From positions 434,001 to 498,000 of the forward strand of contig CBFFRQ010000032.1 in NCBI GenBank assembly GCA_965644315.1: a stretch of DNA of 64,000 bases, in the 5' to 3' direction. Shown here in pieces: positions 29,027 through 41,000 of the stretch (its first letter is position 1; each line of letters starts with the position of its first letter). Below the pieces are notes generated by a model. It did not search any database and was not told where the DNA came from. It saw only the letters and a program-made list of their open reading frames with translations. The DNA comes from Caecitellus pseudoparvulus (lineage: Eukaryota > Protista > Bigyra: Bicosoecida). Both the position numbers and the translations under genes were made by a program.

Positions 29027-32000
29027 ATGGTGCGCGCCGGTCCTCTGGCGCTGGCCGTGCTGGCTGGCCTGCTCGGCGCTTGCCAACTCGCTGGCGCGGC
29101 TGTCGTGGACACCATCTGCACGGCTGGCACTGCCACCGCAACTCATTGTACGAAGGAGACCACGAGTGGGGATGAATATAAGTCCCTGTGTCTGGAGCAC
29201 ACCATCAGCGTCAACGAGAACGACGCCTCGTGGGCCACCAGCCTTGCCGACAACTTCATCAAGGACTTGTTCCAAGGCTATGATGGTAGCTCAGGCACTT
29301 ACTTGGGAGGCTACACCAGGACATGGCACAATAACAGTGAGTCCACTTCGGAAACTCTGTCCAACAGCTTGAACCTTCTGTGACTCTGCGCCCTCGCTTC
29401 TCCCTGCTGCAGATGACGACTACGGGCTGAAGACCGACTACGGTCACATTGCCAACGACCCCGACCCATCTCTGCAATGGGACGACGATGGTGGTGTGCT
29501 TGGTGTCACCTTCTCAGCTGCACGGGGCAACAAGTACGTCATCACCTCCAACATGCCGCTCAACTACGAGACTGCAAAAGACATGGGAGGGGGTGTCCGT
29601 TCGCTGTACATGCTTATCCGGGCCTGTCGAGACAAAGACCTGAACTCCGACGCATCTGTTGCTTCAGATGCAACGTGCAATCCGAACTCTGGAGACTTAG
29701 ACACAGACTATCGTCTGCCTGAAGACGATGACGATGACACGAATGGGAGCTCAAATCCCGAGCGCCGATCGGTTTGCTTGCGCATTGACGTTCAAGATCT
29801 GGACGACCCTCCTGTGGACGACACGACAGACTCCACAACCTTCGGTGTGGATGAAACCCAAGCAACTGGAGTTCCTTTCGGGCCCAACTTGCTTGTCTCA
29901 GATGAAGATGGTGACACCTTGACTTGGACCATCACAAGCACAGGCGGAGCGCCGGTGGCGCTGCAGAACTCAACTGGCACTTCAAACCGACTGCAGCTCA
30001 CTGCGCCCCTGGATGCAGAGCCCACTGTTGATACGTTTGCTATCACAATTGACGTGACTGATGGCACAGTCACCATCACTCTGAGCCTGTCCATGACGGA
30101 AGTGGATGTGAACGAGGTCCCCGTGCACACGAGCGGGGCCCTGGCCGTGACTGTGCCCGAGACACAAGCAACGGGCAACATCGGCGCCGCTCTCACCGTG
30201 ACCGACGAGGACCTGCCCGCTGACACCCTGACGTGGAGCGTGCTGGCGCCACACCACACGCTGTTTGGCTTCACAGCCGGCACGACGACTAGCGGCGGGT
30301 CCAAGACGCTGCAGCTGCTGTCTGCGCTGGACTACGAGTCGGCGACGTCGCACACGATCACGGTGCGTGTGAATGACGGGGCTGCGAACCTGGACCTGTC
30401 GTACACGGTGACGGTGACGGATGTGAACGAGGTCCCCGTGCACACGAGCGGGGCCCTGGCCGTGACTGTGCCCGAGACACAGGCAACGGGCAACATCGGC
30501 GCCGCTCTCACCGTGACCGACGAGGACCTGCCCGCTGACACCCTGACTTGGAGCGTGCTGGCGCCACACCACACGCTGTTTGGCTTCACTGCCGGCACGA
30601 CGACTAGCGGCGGGTCCAAGACGCTGCAGCTGCTGTCTGCGCTGAACTACGAGTCGGCGACGTCGCACAGTATCACGGTGCGGGTGAGTGACGGGGCTGC
30701 GAACCTGGACCTGTCGTACACGGTGACGGTGACGGATGTGAACGAGGTCCCCGTGCACACGAGCGGGGCCCTGGCCGTGACTGTGCCGGAGACACAAGCA
30801 ACGGGCAGTATCGGCGCCGCTCTCACCGTGACCGACGAGGACCTGCCCGCTGACACCCTGACGTGGAGCGTGCTGGCGCCACACAATTCGCTGTTTGGCT
30901 TCACAGCCGGCACGACGACCAGCGGTGGGTCCAAGACGCTGCAGCTGCTGTCGGCGCTGAACTACGAGTCGGCGACGTCGCACAGTATCACGGTGCGGGT
31001 GAATGACGGGGCCGCGAACCTGGACCTGTCGTACACGGTGACGGTGACGGATGTGAATGACCTGCCAGAGATGACGACAGGGTCCTCCACGTCTGTCAAC
31101 GAGAATGTGTCAGGCGACATTGCCTTTGATATCACTTTCACCGACGAGGACATTGGCCCAGACACGCTCACATGGAGTATTAACTCGATCACGCCAGCGT
31201 CGGGCTTGTTTTCGCTGACACCATCCGGTACCACGTCTGGAGGAGGCACCAAGCGCCTCACTCTTTCGTCGGGCGCAAACCATGAGGCGGCGAGCTCCTA
31301 CGCAGTGACAGTGCGTGTCAGCGATGGGACTGGCTTTACCGATGAGGTGATCACAGTGACCATCAACGATGTGGACGAGCAGCCGTACAACCTTGCTCCA
31401 GCAGCGCTGAGCATACCTGAAGGCACGACAGGCACGCTCGCAACATACACAGCTGCTGACGAGGATGCATCGACAACGTTGACCTGGTCCATCACTGGCG
31501 GGAACCCGGCCTCTTTCTTCTCCATAACATCAGGTGGTGTGCTCACGTCCAACCCGATTGATTTCGAGAGTCCGCCAACGTCGTACAGTCTACAGGTGCA
31601 GGTGACGGATGGTGACACGACGCCAGTGTCCATTACCACGAGCATCACGATCACGGATGTGAATGAGGCGCCTGTGTTGACAACACCCGGTCCCTTCACT
31701 GTGGGGGAGTTGTACGCAACAGCGACTTGCTTCCCCGCCCTGCTGGAGGCTGACGACCCCGATACAGCTGACACGAATATCGACTTTTCTTTGGTCAGCC
31801 AGACGCCGTCATCCCCAGCCATCTTCAGCGTGATGACAACTGGAGGCCACGATGGCTGCATCCAGGTATCGTCCACCATGGATCACGAGACGGTGGCGTC
31901 ATTCACGCTGGCGGTCAGGATGTGCGATAACGAGGGGATGCCCACCACAGTGTGCCATGATCAGAACGTGGTGATCAACGTTTCCGACGAGCCTGAAGCG

Positions 32001-35000
32001 CCTTCCTCGCCGACCCCAGTAGGCCCTGTCAGTGTCTCGGAAGGTGCTCCCCACGGCACGCTCATCGCTACGCTGGACGCCTTTGATCCTGAAGGAGCCG
32101 ACCTGACATGGGCGTTTACAGGTGGGCAGGAGAACATGACCCTCACAAACTCACTTGGATCAACCGCGACCCTCACGGTGAACGGGTTCCTGGACCACGA
32201 GTCCGCTTCTTCCATCGTGGTCAGCTTCACGGTGTCAGACAACGAGGGCTTCAACGTGCCGCATTCCTTCACCATCAACATTCTGGACGTTGACGAGGCG
32301 CCAGTTCCACACCCACAGGCCCTGGACATTGACGAGAACTTGCCGCCTGGGTCCACCGTCGGCACCTTGTCTGCATACGAGCCCGAAGGTCAGCCAGTCA
32401 CGTGGTCAATTCCAGGCTCCGGTGCTCCTGACCAGGCATCGTTTACAGTCACGTCAGGTGGCGTGTTACAAACGGTTGGCTCGTTCAATTTCGAGTCGAA
32501 GAGCACGTACACTGTGCGGGTGGATGCGGAGGACTCAACTGCCCACGTTGGTTTCCGCATCTACACTGTCACGGTGAACGATGTGCCAGAAGACCCGACT
32601 GTGGCAGACAGGTCCGACAGTGTTGACGAGAACAGTCCCGTGAGCACGACAGTCACGACGATGGTCTTCTCCGACCCAGAAGATGGCACGACAGGCATGA
32701 CGTTTTCCATCACTGCGGGCGACCCGACGGGGTGGTTCGCCATTTCAAACGCAGGCGTGATCACCGTCGCCAGGGCCCCGTTGAACTTCGAGGAGGACCC
32801 ATCTTTTGTGTTGACAGTGGAGCTGGAAGACTCGACAAGCCGCACCGACACTGCAACAGTCACCATCACTGTAAACGACATCAATGAGAACCCTATCGTC
32901 GCAAGTGGGCAGACACGCACGATCGACGAGGCTGTGTACGATGGAGAGCTTGTGGGTGCTCCGCTGGTGGCTTGGGACTGGGACAATGATACCATTTCGT
33001 GGAGCATTGAGTCAGGGGACCCGAATGGTGTCTTCAGCATCCACCCGAGCACTGGACAGCTGGAGATCAGCGACAACTCCACGGTGGATTACGAGACCAC
33101 AACCTCATACTCACTGACTATCCGTGCCACAGACAACGGTGCACCGATTCTGACTGGAGATGCAGTCGTCGTCGTGTCTGTGTCTGACGTCAACGACATT
33201 CCCGTTGTTTCTGCGCATACATACACACTTCCGGAGAACTCCCCCGATGGGACTGTCATCACCACAGGCGGTGTTGGGCTTGAAAGTCTTCCGACTTACA
33301 CAAGTGATGAGGACACAAACGCCTTGTTTGACGGACCGTGGACCTTCGACAAACTGTCCGGGGACCCGCGTTTTGAGGTGCTCTCAGATGGCAACATTCG
33401 AGTTGCTGCCGGGTACGGTGGGGAGGGGCTTCTCAACTTTGAGGTGCAGTCTTCCTACTCCATCACGGTGCGGGCGAGAGACCAAGGAGGCGAGTACTCT
33501 GCGGGCACGTTGATCACCATCAACTTGACAAATGAGCCCGAGGCGCCGTACGTGGAGGACTTGGCTGTCACCATCAACGAGAACGTAGCGCTGGCTGCTG
33601 CAGCAGCCCCCACCATGGTGTTTTCCGACCAAGACACGGCAGACACGCACACATGCGCGTTAGAGGCACCCCGTGATGACCAAGACCCGTTGGACCCTGG
33701 CAACTTCCTGTTTGATGTCACTGCCACGCCACCGTGTACCATTCGCCGGGCCTCTGCCTACAAGATCGACTACGAGCATACGATGGGGTCATACTTCGTG
33801 ACTCTGCGTGTCACTGACTCTGGGAGCCTGAGCAACACTTCCACGATTGATATAAGCGTCATTGACCAACGCGAGCCACCTCGCTGGGTCTCAGATGATG
33901 GTCAGTGGGACCCTCGCTTTCCGGATGCTGCTTATGTTGACACTGCCACGGTGGCCGAGGTGGCCCCTGCAGGCACCACGGTGTTCCAACTCTTTGCCTT
34001 CGATGAAGACGCTGGGCAAAACGCCACCATCTCGTATTCCATTCAGTCTGTCAGCAATGGAGGAGCAACCTACTTCACTGTGGATTCCGGTACAGGAGTC
34101 ATCTCCACCACGCCTGTGGGCCACTTTGCTCTGGATGCAGAAGCGGGCATCGTGTACTCGATTACTGTGCGAGCGACAGACTCCCAAACTGATTTCACTG
34201 ATGGCACTATTCAGGTCAGTGTCGGAGACTCCCCTGAAGCGCCTGTGTTCATCAACAGCACGCGGTTTGTGTACGAGAATGCTGCGGTTGGCTTTGAGTT
34301 GCAAAGTTTGCCTCTGACAGCAGGCTTGAACGATGGCCATGCTCTGGAGTCCACAGACTCTGACACTGGGTCGTCAGCCACCTTCTTCATCATCGACGGG
34401 AACACCGAGGGAGTGCTGGGTGTGTCCCCACCAGGACCGTCGCAGTACTTGATTGTACAGGACCCAGGGGCGACACCAGTGGACTTTGAGCGCACATCCT
34501 TCTACAACCTCACCATGCGAGTGACGGACGGCACGGGCTTGCATGGGTACGGCACGATGGACATCGTCGTTGTGGACGTGGACGATCCGCCTGTCATCAC
34601 ATCCCCGAGCGCTGCATCTGTGGAAGAGTTGCTGCCGTCTGGCACGCCACTTTATCAAGCTACTTTCACCGACGACGACGGAGATGATTGTGCTTGGTCA
34701 ATCACAGCTGGCGCGGACCCTAACGGACCTGCGGACTTCATCGTCACGCCAGGTGGCGAACTCCGCACCAACAAAGTGCTGGACTACGAAGTTGACCCGA
34801 AGGAGTACAACATCACACTTCAGTGCATCAACGACAACGCTGGGTCCAAGCCGACTCCGTGGGGTGTTGGTAGCGCGTCATTGACAGTGCGTGTCGCCAT
34901 CATCGACAAGAACGATGCACCCATCATGAATGATGTGACTTTCAGCGTCGATGAGAATTCCCCGCCTGGAACTGTACTCGGTACGGCTGCAGCGTCTGAC

Positions 35001-38000
35001 CAGGATTTGGCCCTGGGCGGGCAGACCCTTACTTGGAGCATCATTGGAGCCAGCAGCGAGCAAGCACTGTTTGCTGTTGAAATTGCTCCCATGACGGGAC
35101 AGATCACCCTCAGCAGCAACGTGTCTGCAGTGCAGAACCATGAAGCCTCCCTGGACTTTGAAGACACGCCTGTCTTCACGATCACAGTTCGCGTGGTCGA
35201 TGATGGTTCCAACGATGTGCCTCTGGATGACACCTGTGTCGTGACAGTGTCGTTGAATGACTTGAACGAGGCACCGATCGTGGACTTCACCACGATGTAC
35301 ATTTCTGAGAATGCCCCACCAGGGTCTCAGGCCAGCTTCAACCGAAGCGGCTGGGAGTGGTGGGGGCAGGAGGCATCCGCCCTGCGCTCGCCCTTCTTTC
35401 TGATTGATGTACTGGGCTTGAACGATGTGAATGACCAGATCGCGCTGCAGACAGCTCATGATGCGCTCATACCCTCAGGGGATGGTTTTGTCGTCCAGGA
35501 TGGAGATCTTGGCGCCTCCCAGTCATTCACCACAGAGCTGTACTTGCTGAGTGGAACAGGCTTCCAGCACGCGGCCGACACAGCCTACGTGACCAGCGGG
35601 GGCACCAGCACAGCCCGCATCACCTCCATGACGGACGCAAGTTATCCAGCCCCCGCGGGGCAATGCTGCTCTGCCTCACCTCGCCTGAGCCGAGGCGACT
35701 TTCTGCCAGGAACCAACTCCACCCTTGGGCGCGGTCTGTACACCTTTGACGCCATTCCACGAGCAGTCTTTGCGTTCGACTCTGTCGCTCGAGTCATCAC
35801 TCTGGTGAATGGCACGCTGAACGCGGAGGCGACTCCACAGCTGCAGTTTCTTGTCAAGGTGCAGGATGACGGCACTGGTGGCATCGGCGCAGCAGAGACT
35901 GCGTACTTCCTCCTCAACGTGGAGGTGGTCGATGTAAACGAGCCCTCAACTCAGCGGCTGTCCGCGCCCGCGACCATCAGCATGAACGAAAATGCGTTGA
36001 TCGGCGATGTGATTGCCGATACCTTCTTGACTCCGCAAGACGGGGATAACCAGACCCTGTTCGTGAAGGTGGAAGACAGCAGCGCAAACTACTTCAATAT
36101 GAGCCCCATCTTCTCTCACCGTGACGTGAACGGCACGCGCTTGCCTTCCGTGTTCGAGGTCATCCAGCCATTTCTCCCTTCTGGCCTGCGAGTGCTCAAA
36201 GTCCAGATAGTCGACCTCGACGATCCGCGCAAGAGCTCTCGAGTCCTGGACATTGTCCTCACTGTGGCAGATGTCAACGATCGACCCACTCTGCCTGCCA
36301 TTACGGGATTGAAAGTGCCTGAAAACAGCCCTGTCGGCACGATCATCGCGACAATCGAGGCTGTGGACCAGGATGACTACCAGATGCTGACGTACAGCGT
36401 CCAAGGCAACTTGCAAGCATACTTTACCATGGTACACGTGTCAGAAAACCTTCTGACGAGGTATCCCGATCCAGGACCGAACGACACCTTTCGTGCAGTT
36501 CCTGCGGAGGTGCGCTCTCGATACGCCCCCAACCCTTACTTTGGAAACATCACCCGCAAGGCTCACTTGGTGGTGGCCCAAGACAGCATTGATTTCGAGT
36601 CCATGCAGCACGATGCTGTGAATGGTGAGTTCAGGATTTTCATTCGGGTGCAGGACGAGCACTATGTTTCCGAAGCTGGTGTTTTCTCGGAACCGACTGA
36701 CGAGTCGCCGCCTGCCTTGACTCATGAGCTTCCGTTCATCGTCGAAGTCGAAAACGTTCCTGACGACCCCGTCATTGAGAGCGTGACCACCATTTCTCCT
36801 TTCGGGTTGACCACAGCTGGTGGTGAGGAAATCACGCTCCGTGGGCGAAACTTGGGCTCCACCTTCAACCCCCACCCGCTCGTGACGCGGCGCCTGGAGG
36901 CCCGCTTTCAGTCAGCGTTCACGTCAGAAACTTTCCCAGGCGTGAACTGCCGCGTGACACAGATGTATGTGGAGGTGAAGTGCTCGACTTCTCCCGGGTT
37001 TGGCCCGGACTACTCGTGGCAGCTCGCGTACGGAGGTTACACCCCCACCGACAGCCAGCTTCAGCAACTGTCCAACTGGTCAAACGATACAGTGACGTAC
37101 GCTTCCCCCAACCTGGTGGAGTTTCTGGGCCCGGGGTCACAAGACGCGAGTACTGCTGGCAACCAGCTGGTGCGCATTCGCGGCTCGCAGTTCGGCACTG
37201 TCGCTGCGAACCGCATCGATTCAGTGACGTACGGCCCTACTGGATCAGAGTACAATGCGACAGGATGTCGTGTCGTCGTGGACCATTCAGCCATCGAGTG
37301 CAACACTTCAGAGGCTGTGGGAGCCGGCCTGCGGTGGGTAGTTGTCATCGCGGGGCTGTCCTCCCAGACCCCGACCACCTCGTACGCTGTGCCTACCATC
37401 ACAAACACTTGGGTGAACCGGTCAGACACCGGCACTGCAGGCACAGCGCGCACGTCAGGGGGTGTAGACTTCCTGATCATCGAGGGGAACAACTTTGGGT
37501 CGGTGTCCGAGTTCCCGCAGCAAGTGGAGCTAGTGCAGTATGGCCTCCCAGAGTACCACGACAGCACACCTAACCCGGACACTCCCAAGGATCAAGATTG
37601 CGCGGCTGCTGCTCCAATCGTGTCCCCTGGAACTCGCCTGAATCCCTCCTTGGACATGGTTTTGACAGCCACAAAGTGCCGTGTGATAGTGAGCCACACC
37701 ACCATCCAGTGCACTGTGGCGCCTGGCATGGGTGCTGGACTTCACGTCCAGGTCACCATCCGAGGGCAAGTGTCGCCTTTGTCCCCCACATCGATTTCCT
37801 ACGCGTTGCCCCGCGTCGACACGGTGCGCAGGCTTGGCACTGTGTCTCCACTTGGTCGTACTGATGGCACCTCTGTCATGGTGCTCGATGGCGAGAACTT
37901 TGGACGTACCAACGCACTGTTCAGAGTGTTCTTCGGCAGCATACTGTACTCCGCTGCCGGGGCCTTGCTCGGATCCCCTGCAGAGCGATCGTTCAACATT

Positions 38001-41000
38001 GAAACTGGCTCTCACACCTCCAGGCAGTTCACCGCCCCCAAGGGCCATGGGTCAAACATCAGCATTGTCGCTGAGACGCAGTGCCAGCGGTCCATCCCGG
38101 TCACGTCTTTCTCGTACCTGCCCCCAGTGATCACTGGCATGGATCACATCGACGGTGGCCTGGCCAATCCCCCCATCCGCATTGAGGTGTTTGGCGAAAA
38201 TTTCGGCGCCTGCTGCTATGTCCAACGCCTGGCAGTTGAGCGCATGGCTGGCCCCGGTACGCCTCCCCTGTCCGCCGCAGAGGTGGAATCCATGCAGTGC
38301 CAGTGCATTCCAGGGCAGCGTGAGGTGGTCACAGTGTACCAAGCAGGCACACTGATCCCCTACGATTGTGAGATCCTGGATTTGACCGAGAACCGCATTG
38401 AGTGCAACTTGGAGTACTCCCAAACTGTCAACCCTGACAACAGCACTTCGACGAACACTGTGCTGAACGGGCATGTTGAACTTGACGTGGGCGGGCAGAA
38501 GTCTGACAGGTTTGCCTCAGCTGCGACGTACCAATACGGAGACTTGCTGGACAAGCCTGACATCACTGCAGTGGTGCCAAACACCGCCCCCACGGATGGA
38601 GGGGTGACGATTTCCCTGCGTGGCTTCAACTTTGGCACTCGCCGGGAGAACATCTACCTTCTCTACTGGTTTCCCAACAGCACAGCGACACGGCCGTACA
38701 GGGTCAGCATCCCCCCCACACGCATCACTCTGTGGTCCGATCAGATGGTGAACTTCACCATTCCAGCTGGACAAGGCCGCCCTGTGATTGAAATGGCGTT
38801 CTCTGGAACGACAACGTTTGCGCAGTGGGACCAATTCGAGTACCAGCGCCCGACCATCGACGTTGTCCTCAACGCAGAAGGCCACACAGATGGCTTCCTG
38901 CACGCAAACGCCGCCATGAACCCGAACCGGGGCCCAGGTGACGTCCCCATCGCTGCCCCCTTGCTTATTCTGCGTGGCAGCAACTTCGGCGTGCGCACAC
39001 AGCTTGCCGCTGGATTCGTGGCAGCGCCTGGCATCGCGTTGACCCCCGACGCATCCAGCAAGCTGGAGGGTGGCCTCATCGCGCAGCTTGCCCCGACTTC
39101 CAACGGCATTCCTGCTCTGCTCCCGACGGAGCGCTTGGAGAACTTCGTGCTGGTGGGTGGCAAGCAATGTGCCATCGAATCCTGGCAGTTCGACGAAATC
39201 CGCTGCAGGGCACCTGCGGGTGTCGGCGTGGGCCACGACATTGTCATCCACCTGTTTGTGCGGCGCTTCCAAGCACTGCAGCAAGACATGTGGGTGAAGG
39301 TCACTGCCCCTATACAGTACAGCTACTACCCGCCCTCCATTTCCGCCGTGAGACTGGTGCAAGACGTCACGGGCAGGCAGCTTCAAGGCGCAGCGGATCG
39401 CCACGGGCCCACAACTGGTGGCGCATTGGTGGAGGTTCAGGGCTCATCTTTTGGTGCAAGCGGGCTATTGTCATCCAGCTCCCGCCTTGAGATTTCCGTC
39501 AGCTCTGCGGCCGTCACTGACATCCCCGTGCATACGCACAGCATTGTGCGGTTCCGGTCCCCCGCAGGGCAAGGCACGAACTTGCCACTGTTGCTGCGCG
39601 TGGCAGGGCAATCAGTGACGGTTCCTTTCTTCAACTACGACGCCCCTGCCGTGCTTGCCATTGTGGAAGAACGCTCCGTATCCAACCTGCAGCCCACGAA
39701 TGTGAATGCTTCCTCCACCGCCCAGGGGCAGCTGCGCTTCAACGCGAAAGGCTCTACACTGATCGTAACTGGGGCAAACTTTGGTAACGATCAGGTCCAG
39801 CCAGTCGTGCGCATCGGTGATGCAGAGTGTAAGTACAGCTCCCACACACAGACTCGCATTCAGTGCGATATGCCTTCGACAACCGTGGGCCCGAAGTCCC
39901 TCTTAATTGAGGCAGCCAACCAACGGCTCTCGCTGCCCCAATCGACCTCCCGCATCTTCGGCGAGTGCAGGCGGGGGTTCTTTGGTGTGCTCCACGGCGT
40001 GGATGAGTGCTACGAGTGCCCCAAGTGCTTGGAAGCGGCCTGTGAAGACCTTGACACTGTCACCACCCCGGCGTCAACGTGCAACGGCGGCACTGACCCT
40101 CCCGTTGCTGCCAGCGGATTCTGGCTCTTGAAGCGGTCGGAGCTGGGGGCTGATAACGCCCTCTTGGCCCTGTCTTCAGAGTATGCGCAAGCAAAAGCCA
40201 AGGAAGCGCTGGACAACATTGCGGCCGCCAACAACGCAACCGATGACGGCACATCTCGGTCAGAGTTCATCTTCACTCGGTGTGTCCCTGCGGAGGGCTG
40301 TGTCGGAAACAACACCTGTGCAGTCGGGTACCTGGGACCTGCCTGCTCCATTTGCCAGGCCGGCACGCACCAGCGCGACCTTATCACTGGCGGCTGCACT
40401 CCGTGCCCAGAAGCCCCGGAGCTGTACATGTTGGGCATGCTTGTGGCGGCCATTGTGCTTGGGGCCGTGCTGTTCAAGCTGTACAAGAAGGGCCCATCTG
40501 TCGCGGCTCTTGGCATCGCTGTGGACTACTTCCAGGTTCTCTCCGTGTTCAGCACCCTGTCGCTAGACTGGCCTGAGTCCATCGTGATGGTCTTCCGCAT
40601 TGCCTCTGCATCGGCTGCCTCCGTGGAAGTGACTTCACCCGAGTGCTCCGTGTCCATGACGTACAACCAGAAGTGGTATGGGCAGATGGCAGTTCCCTTA
40701 GTGGCCATTGTGGTCCTGGGCATCATGCACTGCTTTATCGTGTTCAAGAAGTGGCTCAAGTTCCGTGGGCGGGTCGTGGACAACGCAAACTACACCAAGC
40801 ACCTGCCAGCCATGATTGGCTTCCTGTTCATGTTGCTCTCCTTCCTGTACATTTCCCTGTGCGGCAAAGCCTTCGAGGTGCTGCGGTGCAAAGACGTTGG
40901 CGGGCGCCCGGTTCTGCAAGTGGACACTGAGGTGCCTTGTGAAGGCTACGACTACGAGCGCATGAGGTGGTGGGCCCGGCTAGCCATCGGCGGGTACGGC

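Noticed and set aside
30105-31049. Direct repeats considered as a CRISPR array or mobile element
   Set aside because: 315-bp in-frame coding units with no spacers, terminal repeats or cas/transposase genes.
39375-39386. 'RQLQ' in an IPT loop as a possible proprotein-convertase site
   Set aside because: Not dibasic and too short to support.
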